Part shown: one piece after another, positions 39,501-50,882 of the stretch
How positions within the stretch are numbered: position 1 is the stretch's first letter
How the letters are laid out: every line of letters begins with the position of its first letter
Source of the DNA: Eledone cirrhosa
Lineage: Eukaryota
Length of the DNA stretch: 64,000 bases
Assembly (NCBI GenBank): GCA_964016885.1
Contig: OZ024754.1
Coordinates: 40,114,001 to 40,178,000 of the forward strand
Reading direction: 5' to 3'
Notes under the pieces: generated by a model
Seen by the model: the letters and a program-made list of their open reading frames with translations, nothing else
What the model was told of the DNA's origin: nothing
The model's database searches: none
Program-made: the position numbers and the translations under genes

Positions 39501-42500
39501 TTTTGAAGTTTTTCTTCTGTTTAATGTCAAAAACAATCCGTAGGAATTCATACTCAACTGAAATATCCTGCAAATAGGAATCAGGGAAGAAAGATGTGCT
39601 AAGAAAAGTGGCTTGTTTTTAAAATATTTGCTCTATTGTATATATAAGGGATAACAAAATATCGTTATAGGTAATCCAGTTAGAGGTTGAGCTAACAACG
39701 TATTTGAAATTGAGTGGCACAGCTCCAGGTGTTTAGCAATTTTTAGACAACTCAATCAGTGAAACAATTGTCAGACTGTAAATAAACCCCTTTTTTGTAT
39801 TGTTGACCATGTTATTCTTCACTTTTTTAATTATATATATATATGTGTGTGTGTATGTGTATGTGTGTGTGGGTGTATGCATGGGCAGTGGTTTAGCTGT
39901 ATCGGTAGAGCGTCAGACACCATACTTTACAGCACAGAGTTATGGCCCTTAACGTTCTGAGTTAAAATCCTGCCTAGGTTAACTTTGCCTTTCATCCTTA
40001 CGGGGTCGATAAAATAAAGTACCAGTAATGTACTGGAATAATTGCAGGCCTTGTGCCAAAAAAGTAGAAGTATATATATATATGATAATATAATATAATA
40101 ATTGTTTCTACTCTTGGCACAAGGCCAGCAATTATCCCAGTGTATTACTGGTACTTTATTTTATCGACCCCGTAAGGATGAAAGGCAAAGTTAACCTCGG
40201 CGGGATTTAATAACCTGGGTGAACCTACAGTAACTTCATGTTAGACTCCCTGGAGATATATATATATATATATATCTCCAGGGAGATATATATATATATA
40301 TATATCCCAATATATATATATATCCCAATATATATATATATATATCCCAATATATATTGGGATGAGGTGATAAAAGCTGACCTTACCCAATTACACCGCT
40401 CAAAGGCGATGACACACGACCGTGACCTCTGGCGTCACTCAGTAATACAGAGTACCCGACCTCCCATGGGTACAAGCTGAAGCATATAGACAATATGCCC
40501 CCACACCCTCCCACTGCAAGGTGATCGTGGAGGTGCCACAGCAAAAAAGCAGCCAGTCCACACTGTAAAGTGGTCGTGGAGGTGCCACGGCAAATAAGCA
40601 CGCAGCACTCACTGTAAATGAGGTTGGTGTTAGGAAGGGCATCCAGCTGTAGAAATCAAGCCAGAATCAGTTCCTGTATGAGCAAGGCATGGTCAGCCGA
40701 CTGGACACTGCCCACAACAGGACAACCCGTCTAACCCATGCTAGCATGGAAGAACGGACGCAAAACGGTGATGATGATTATATCATATTATTTATTTATG
40801 TTCATTACCCAGTGCATTACTGGTACTTTATTTTATCGACCCCGTAAGGTTGAAAGGCAAAGTCAATCCCGCCGAGGTTGACTTTGCCTTTCATCCTTAC
40901 GGGATCGATAAAATAAAGTACCAGTAATGCACTGGGTATTTGCTGGCCTTGTGCCTAAAGTAGAAATAATTATTTATTTATGTTCATACATTGATAAAGA
41001 GGACTACCTAAGGTTACATACTTAATGACCTGATATATATGGACACATAAATAAAGTTCTTACCGTCAAATCAAGGAAAGTCAATTCTGTATTATCGTTG
41101 CTGTTGATGGAGTTGACAAGGGAAATCACTCCTGTTGTGCTGACTGGATTTTTGCCTAACTGTAACAGTGAATGTAGCGAGATTGGCGGTTTGTGAGCGA
41201 GATTTAGTCATTGATAGAAAACAACAACAAAACAATGCAATTACTATGGATATGAAGATGGAATAAACATTAATGGAATGAATAAACAATGCCAGAAAAA
41301 AATATGGACGGTCAGATATATTTTTTTTGTCACCAAATTATTGACACAAATAGTGTCTTTCATTATAAATATGGTAATGAAAGGGTTAAAGACATAGACA
41401 GTGTCTTTCATTAGAAATATGGTAATGAAAGGGTTAAAGACATAGACAGTGTCTTTCATTATAAATATGGTAATGAAAGGGTTAAAGACACAGACAGTGT
41501 CTTTCATTAGAAATATGGTAATGAAAGGGTTAATGACATAGGCAGTGTCTTTCATTAATGATCTAGACAGTTTCTTACATTAATGATATAGACAGTGTCT
41601 TACATTTAACACAGATTCTTACATAAAATTATGATGTAAAGTTTTAAAATAAATATAAATACTTTATAACAAACAGTTTTATATTGTAGGACCAGGGCCA
41701 GTTTCAGGTGATTTGATATGAAACAGATTAAATATTACTCAAATGTTTCCTTTATCTACATAGACCTTGTAGTAGGGATAAACATACCTGTAATATCTGT
41801 AGGGTTTCATTTACTAAGAGGGATTTAGCAATTTTGTCTATACAAATGTCTGTCAGTCTGTTGGAAGTCAAGTTCAGTTCTTGTAGCGTTCTGTTGTGAG
41901 TGAGGGCCTCTGCTACAGCAAAACCTCCTTCGATACCAAAGCCGTTGTAAGACAAATTGCATCTTTTTAATCGAATATTATCCTTTAATGAAGGAAAAGT
42001 ATTATTAAATAGACATTAGTTTACATATAGAACCTCTGGATTACACACAGGTAATATATTTTCAGCTGAATATACTGGAACAACGTGAAACAAAGTATTT
42101 TACTCAAGAACACAACATACAACCCAGTCCAGGAATCGAACCCATGACATTATGATCATAAGTCCAACACCTTTACCACTAGGCCACGTACCTGCACTAC
42201 TTGTATCTTTATATACTATAAATTCAAATATGAAGATTTGTATTTACAAACCTGAAGCCCTTTGCCAATGGCAATGGCACCTTTCAATCGAATATAGTTC
42301 CATGACAGGTCAAATTGTTGTAGATATTCATTGGAACCTGCAGAAAAGAATGGTTGATATAGGATATATTTGAAGGCTAAGATCTTCAATACTTACATTC
42401 TACCAGTTGTGTTATATGGTCTCGACCGTGTTAATTGGATGACAACGTCACTTCAGAAGCTCTCTACATTCCAGAACCACATCATGAGACTTATGACTGG

Positions 42501-44988
42501 CAAGCGGCTCAGCGACCGTATCTGTATCAGTGAGCTGCTCACCATTACCAAACTTAGACCAATTACATCAATTGTCAAGTCAAGAGTACTCAAACTATAC
42601 GGCCATATAAAAAGATCAACTCGTGGTGTGAGCAGGTTATGCCTGGAAGGAAGGTTGGCTGGTAAGAGAAGCAGAGGCCGTCAGCCAAAACGATGGGTTG
42701 ATAATGTCAACTTATGGACTTGACTTAATCTTTGCTCTTTGAACTCTGTTGTTGGTGATCGAACTTTGTGGAGAAAAATATCTCATATTGATGTGCAGTT
42801 TGCAACTGGCGGAATTTAGCATCTGAATAATAATATTTTTACTGTTTTCACAATTAAAGTCATTAAGATATTTATGGTTTGTATTAACTATGATAGCCAG
42901 AGAGGAGGTGGGCTTTATTGGGTTGTATTGACTATGATAGCCAGAGAGGAGGTGGGCTTTATTGGGTTGTATTGACTATGATAGCCAGAGAGGAGGTGGG
43001 CTTTATTGGGTTGTATTGACTATGATAGCCAGAGAGGAGGTGGGCTTTATTGGGTTGTATTGACTATGATAGCCAGAGAGGAGGTGGGCTTTATTGGGTT
43101 GCATTGACTATGATAGCCAGAGAGGAGGTGGGCTTTATTGGGTTGCATTGACTATGATAGCCAGAGAGGAGGTGGGCTTTATTGGGTTGCATTGACTATG
43201 ATAGCCAGAGAGGAGGTGGGCTTTATTGGGTTGCATTGACTATGATAGCCAGAGAGGAGGTGGGCTTTATTGGGTTGTATTGACTATGATAGCCAGAGAG
43301 GAGGTGGGCTTTATTGGGTTGTATTGACTATGATAGCCAGAGAGGAGGTGGGCTTTATTGGGTTGTATTGACTATGATAGCCAGAGAGGAGGTGGGCTTT
43401 ATTGGGTTGTATTGACTATGATAGCCAGAGAGGAGGTGGGCTTTATTGGGTTGTATTGACTATGATAGCCAGAGAGGAGGTGGGCTTTATTGGGTTGTAT
43501 TGACTATGATAGCCAGAGAGGAGGTGGGCTTTATTGGGTTGTATTGACTATGATAGCCAGAGAGGAGGTGGGCTTTATTGGGTTGCATTGACTATGATAG
43601 CCAGAGAGGAGGTGGGCTTTATTGGGTTGTATTGACTATGATAGCCAGAGAGGAGGTGGGCTTTATTGGGTTGCATTGACTATGATAGCCAGAGAGGAGG
43701 TGGGCTTTATTGGGTTGCATTGACTATGATAGCCAGAGAGGAGGTGGGCTTTATTGGGTTGCATTGACTATGATAGCCAGAGAGGAGGTGGGCTTTATTG
43801 GGTTGCATTGACTATGATAGCCAGAGAGGAGGTGGGCTTTATTGGGTTGCATTGACTATGATAGCCAGAGAGGAGGTGGGCTTTATTGGGTTGCATTGAC
43901 TATGATAGCCAGAGAGGAGGTGGGCTTTATTGGGTTGCATTGACTATGATAGCCAGAGAGGAGGTGGGCTTTACTGGGCTGTATTTTCCTAAGATAAACT
44001 GTATAAACTGCGACTTCAATGGTTCAAGAATAAAAATAATAGTTAAGTGATCAATAATTGATCTTACCTAAGACAGGAGCCATGTTAAGATGATCCACTT
44101 ACCTATTGCTGTACCAAATATTTCTCCACCTTTCTCACCAAGCCTATTCTTGCTCAAGTTAATACTTTCAAGAAATTTATTTTTCTGAAGAGAAAGAATA
44201 TAGAAATCAATAAATAAATATTGTTATATTTGGGGAGGGTCATATTGTTATAATATTGCCAGAAATATATAATAAAACACACTCACTGTAAGGTTTGGAT
44301 TGGTTTTCGCTTCTGTATATTTTATATCTCCATAGTTAATTTATCTGGCAATCAATGTTTATTATTGATTGACCAACGGTTAAAAATATAGATATAAATA
44401 TATATATAAAGTCTATCAAAGTTCTTTCATCTCACATCTGTGACATCATCAGTGGTACTATTATGTTTCCTCCCGTTGTATTGTAATGTCTACTACATTT
44501 TAATAAATAAATATTTCTAAATTACTGGTTCAACTAACGTTTTCATTGTCAACTTACCGTATATATGTGAATACAAGCAGAGGAATATGTGACCCCAAAA
44601 TCGATGGTTAAAGTAGGAGGTTGGCTTATATACACCATCTAAACAATATGTTGATTAGCTGCCACGGTTTATAAACAGGGTTGGAATTCTTACCTATTTC
44701 TCAGACATAAAATAGAAGAAAGGTCCCTTAACCTTTTAGCATTTAAACCAGCCATATCCGGCCAGAATTCTCTCACCACTTTCTGTTCAAACCGGCTATA
44801 ACCAGCTGCTTATACTGATGTTAAAGTATTGTTCTCAAAATAAATAATATCAAAATCTCATAGATTCGATATTTACCATGAAAATACAATAGTAATATAT
44901 AAAGGAGTGTTAAAGGGTAAACAAACTTCAATGGAATATTACAACAATGTTCTGAATTTGTCAAGGGAATCTTCTTATCTAATATTGA

Positions 44989-45022
<34 letters not shown>

Positions 45023-48000
45023 GATGATGATGGTGGTGGTGGTGGTGGTGATGGTGGTGGTGGTGGTGGTGGTGGTGGTGGTGGTGATGATGGTGGTGGT
45101 GGTGGTGGTGGTGGTGATGGTGGTGGTGGTGGTGGTGGTGGTGGTGGTGGTGGTGATGAAATCACTCCCTAGTTTGGATTAAAGTAAAGGGTTGGAGTTT
45201 ACGGGGCTAGAGTTTAGTGTTAGGGGTTGCGTTAGTGTTATGTTTAGGGATAGGTATGGGTAATCTTCAAATTTTAGTTAATACAGTATGTCAATTAGGG
45301 TGTAAAAGGAATTTTACACGTTTTGAGATTTATACACCAGGAGTTGCCTCCCTTAAATTATATATATTGCTTGTTTTATGTAAAGAAAATAAAGATTACA
45401 TCCAACAATGTAATCTCTGAAGGGATGATCATGGCTGGAATACATTTCATAATAGACTTACTTAACACGTGGTTCTCCTGGGTCTACACAGCATCACAAC
45501 ATACCCAACACATCACAACATATCCTACACAACATCACAACATACTCTAAACAACAGCACAACATACCCTACCAAACATCACAACGTACCCTACACAACA
45601 TCACAACATACCCTAAACAACACCACAACATACCCTAAACAACACCACAACATACCCAACACATCACAACATACCCTACACAACATACTCTAAACAACCT
45701 CACAACATACCCTACACAGCATCACAACATATCCTACACAACATCACAACATACCCTACACAGCATCACAACATACCCAACACATCACAACATATCCTAC
45801 ACAACATCACAACACACCCTACACAACATCACAACATACCCTAAACCATACAGAGTATTTATAATTTACAATGTCCCAAATTATTCTTTAAGAAACAAAC
45901 TTACCTCCAGAGCAATCATTAACTCTGCAATCACAGAGTCTTCAAGCTGGTTACCTAATGAATCATTAAAATTATTTGTTTATATTAGTGTGTTACAATT
46001 AAGTCTTAATTTGTATTACAAATGCCTTTATTATAAACACAACGAAAAATGTACACAAAACAATCACCCAGGTGTATAGACGTTTGTTCTTTGAACTTAA
46101 AAGAAAAATTGTACAATAACCAACGTGCATCATCATCATCACCGTTTTACGTCCGTTCTTCCACGCTAGCATGGGTTAGACGGGTTGTCCTGTTGTGAGC
46201 AGTGTCTGGTCGGCTGACCATGCCTTGCTCATACAGGAACTGATCTGGCTTGATTTCTACAGCTGGATGCCCTTCCTAACACCAACCTCATTTACAGTGA
46301 GTGCTGGGTGCTTTTTCGTGGCGCCTACACGTCCACTTTACAGTGTGGGCTGGGTGCTTTTTTGCCATGGCACCTCCACGACCACCTTGCGGTGGGGGGT
46401 GTGGGGGCATATTGTCTATATGCTTCAGTTTGTACCCATGGGGGGGTCGGGTACTCTGTATTACTGCGTGACGCCAGAAGTCACGGTCGTGTGTCATTGC
46501 CTTTGAGAGGTGTAATTGGGTAAGGTCGGCTTTTATCACCTCATCCCAGGTCATCTTGGGTCTCCCCACTCCGCGGTTTCCATCAACTTCTAGTTCTCTG
46601 CACCTTTTTATGCAGTTGTCATCCTTCATACGCATTACATGTCCATACCAGCGCAACCGCCTCTCCTGCACACAGCATTTGATTCCTCTTATGCTCAGTC
46701 TCTCTCTCAATTCATTTGTGCACTGTTGTATAAAAGGAGTTATAATGATAATTGTTTCTACTTTTGGCACAAGGCCAGCAATTACCCCAGTGCATTACTG
46801 GTGCTTTATTTCATCAACCCCGTAAGGATGAAATGCAAAGTTAACCTCGGCGGGATTTGAACTCAGAATGGCAAGGGCCGTAACTCTATGCGTCAAAGCA
46901 TGGCGTCCGACCTCTCTACTGATACTGCCAACCCAAGCTTACAGAACGAAAGCACAAACAAATATAGTATTAAGGAAAGGGAGAGGGAAAACAAAACAAA
47001 AAAAGAAAGGAAAAGAAAGAGAAAATAAAAAAACACACATCTGGGACCACATACAACAAAAGGCAACAAAAGATTAAAGATGCCATGTCTAAGAATATCA
47101 GAATATATATATATATATATAATCAATTACAACAGCAGTAACATGTGCAGGTACTCAAGTTCTGTTGGGTTGTTTACCCCAACTCATCCAGCCTGTCATA
47201 ATAAAAAAAATGGCTTCCATCTGTGGAGAAAGTATAAGAGAGTTCTAAGGGCAGGTAATTCCGAAATTGGAAGCCATTTTTTTTATTGTAACAGGCTGAA
47301 TGAGTTCCTAGGAATTCCTGTCACTTCTTCACCCAATGATCCTCATCCACATGCATCACCTGACATTCCCAGTGTAGTATTCTGTGTTATACATTTCATT
47401 TGGTCTCTGCTCATCCATGCTTTACCATTCAGGCATACCAACATAACACATCCAATGAAACATGCTTGCTTAATTTCTCTCCATCTTTCACATATCTTCT
47501 GTATTTACAGCCCATATTTCACTTCTATGCAATGTAGAACTTTCCAATATAGAAAATAATAAAAAAAAAGCTCAATTACTTTAACAAAGTAGAAACTTAA
47601 TGAATACTTACCTGATAGATTTAAACTGCGGAGTCCTGAATTACAACAGAGCATCTTAGCTATGTGTGATATACCAACTGAACCAATCTGATTGTTGGAC
47701 AAATTCTGAAGTATGAACAAAACAAATAATTATAAGAGTACTTATACTAAACCTGTACCTAACTAAATTTATAACGAGCAGACTGCTTATGTGTTTTAAT
47801 TAATTTTCAATATAGTCAAGATTTATGAGAGAGGTACTGTATTTCTCAGCGTCAAAGACGTTACTTTTTTTCCTAAAATAAGTCTGAAAAATCTACCATG
47901 CGTCCTGGAGGTCGAAGGTTATTATTTTTTTGCCGAGGTTAACTTTGTCTTTCATCCTTATGGGGTCAATGAAATAAAGTACCAGTAATACACTGAGATA

Positions 48001-50826
48001 ATTGCTGGCCTTGTGCCAAAAGTAGAAACAATTATTTTTTTTCAAATTTTTGGTTGTCAAAATTAGGGTGTGTTCTTGAGGACGAAGCATCTTTGGCACC
48101 GGGAAAAACGGTAAATTAAAATTTATTTAACTTCATATCCAATCTAATCCAGCATTGTTTTTTTCCAGGGACTATGTTAAAAAATAAACCTCATTTGGTC
48201 ATTCCATGAGAGTATCTTGGTCAGCTTATGAATTTGTTGGAAAATTTTTAATTTAAATAGGGACCCTTTAAAATGGGTGGGTTTGTTTCATAGAAGCAGT
48301 GGCAGTTTGGAGTGGATTGGTATGAAAAGGGTTAAAATAAGAATATGAGTGGTTCAACTTAGAGATAGAGTGAATAAGTTATAAAGAAATGAGATATTAC
48401 CAAATCTGTAATGAAATCATTTTCTTCCAACATTTTGCTGATAAATTTGGTTCCTTCCTCATCAATATCATTCTCAGTCAGGTCCAGTTTTTCTAATGTG
48501 ATGCTGTTCTGTAAATAATAATTGTAACTCAATGAACCTTATAATTTAACTCTTTAACATTTACATTATTCTATATACACTATTGTATTTTTACGGTAAA
48601 GGCTTTATCCTACATTATTATCTCACATATCAAATCTATGAGATTTTGATATCATTTATTTTGAGAACAATATCTTAACATCAGTATGATCAATATTAGA
48701 CAAGAAGGGTCCCTTAACAAACTTCAGAACATTGTTCTAATATTCTTTTGACGTTTGTTAACCCTTTAGTATTTACATTACTCTATATTTACTATTATAT
48801 TTTCATGGTCTGAGTTCAAATCCCGCCAAGGTTAACTTTGCCTTTCATCCTTACGAGGTCGATAAAATAAAGTACCAGTAATGTACTGGTGAATTGCTGG
48901 CCTTGTGCCAAAAGTAGAAACAATTATATTTTCATGGTAAAGGCTTTATCTCAGATAATATCAAATCTATGAGATTTTGATATTATTTATTTGGAGAACA
49001 ATACCTTAACATAAGTATGAGAAGCCAGTTACAGCCGATTTGAACAGAAAGATGTGAGAGAATTCTGGCCAGATATGGCCGGTTTAAATGCTAAGGGGTT
49101 AAAGATATAACAGTCCCTAGTAGCAAAGTCGCTAGAACGTCGGATAGAATGCTTTGCAGTATTTATTCTGGCTTTTGGAGCTCTGAGTTCAAATCCTGCT
49201 GATATCAACTTTACTTTTTATATTTTAAGGTTGATAAAAAAGTACCAGTTCAGTACTATGGTCCTTCGTGTGGGTTAACAAGGGATGAATTCAGGCCTTA
49301 AGTGAAGGAGACTGTTGCAAAAAGCTATTACAATCTCCATTTCATGCTGTAAAAATTGTCAAAGGGCCTACAACCTGTCCTGGAATCGAACTCACAACTT
49401 TATATACATAATGGTTTCTACTATAGGGACAAGGCCAACAATTAACCAGTGTATTACTGGTACTTTATTTTATCGACCCTGTATAATAATAATTGTTTCT
49501 ACTTTAGGGACAAGGCCAACAATTACCCAGTGCATTACTGGTACTTTATTTTATCGACCCCGTAAGGATGAAAGGCAAAGTCAACCTCGGCGGGATTTGA
49601 ACTCAGATCGTAAAGGGAGGTAACTCTATGCTGGAAAGCATGGCGTCCGACCCTCTACCGATACTGCCAATCCACCGCCCTATATATACATAATGGTTTA
49701 TATACATGTATGTACAACTTTATATACATAATGGTTTCTACTATAGGGACAAGGCCATCAATTTTGGGGGGAGGGCCCAGTGCATTACTGGTGCATTATT
49801 TTATCAACTCCGTGAGATTGAAAGGCAAAGCTAACCTCAACAAGATGTAAAGGGCTGTAACTCTATGCTGAAAAGCATGGTGTCCAATGCTCTACCGATT
49901 CTGCCAATCCACCACCCCCCCTACTTTACATACATAATATGAATAAATATTCCTTACCCTTAAAACTATACTGATAGGCTTCACCCTACCTGGCCCCAGC
50001 CCATAGTGAGGTAACGCAATGTTATCTTGTTTGATGTAACGCATGAAGCTTGATACTGGATGAATACCCATATCTTGGCATAACTCTAGGTACATAACCT
50101 TTCCTCTCGTGTCCGCTGACAATGGACGCTCTGCATAATAAATAAATAAACAAATAAATAATTAAATAATAAACATGTCAGATTGATTTAACCGTTTTGT
50201 TACTGTATTTCTAATTACATATATATATATATATATATACATACATATATAGATACATACATATATACATACATATATAGATACATACATATATACATGA
50301 TGGCTGCCAACTCGTTTCCGAGTACGGCCACTACTTTATATCCATGTAGGAGAACCCCTACCGATGCGCTGAACGAGTGTGACTTTTTAGTCCAGCCTGC
50401 GACATGAAAACTCTGGTACAAACACTATACCTGTAACAATTATTGACACATAGTGCTGGGCCCATGGTACCATGTGACGACATATATATATACATACAGA
50501 TTTTATCTATTACATTCACGTATTATATTTCGAATACCTGATGATATCACCGGATTCATACGGAACCCGGTCATTGAAATGATCATAGTATAATAAACCT
50601 TTCAAGGATTTACACAAGTCCAGCCTCCTGTCATTTCATTATATTATATACATACATACATATATAGATACATACATATATACTTACATATATACTTACA
50701 TATATACATACATATATACATACATACATATATATACATAGACCTTCTTCCTGCTATATCAAGTGTTAACCTAATATATCCCTTCCATATACTGTACCGA
50801 TTGTGTTGTTATTTCTGTTTACCTTT

Positions 50827-50882
<56 letters not shown>

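Noticed and set aside
42878-43984. CRISPR-like regular arrays (also 56328-57307 and 16771-22235)
   Set aside because: Head-to-tail repeats without unique spacers, eukaryotic context, no cas genes
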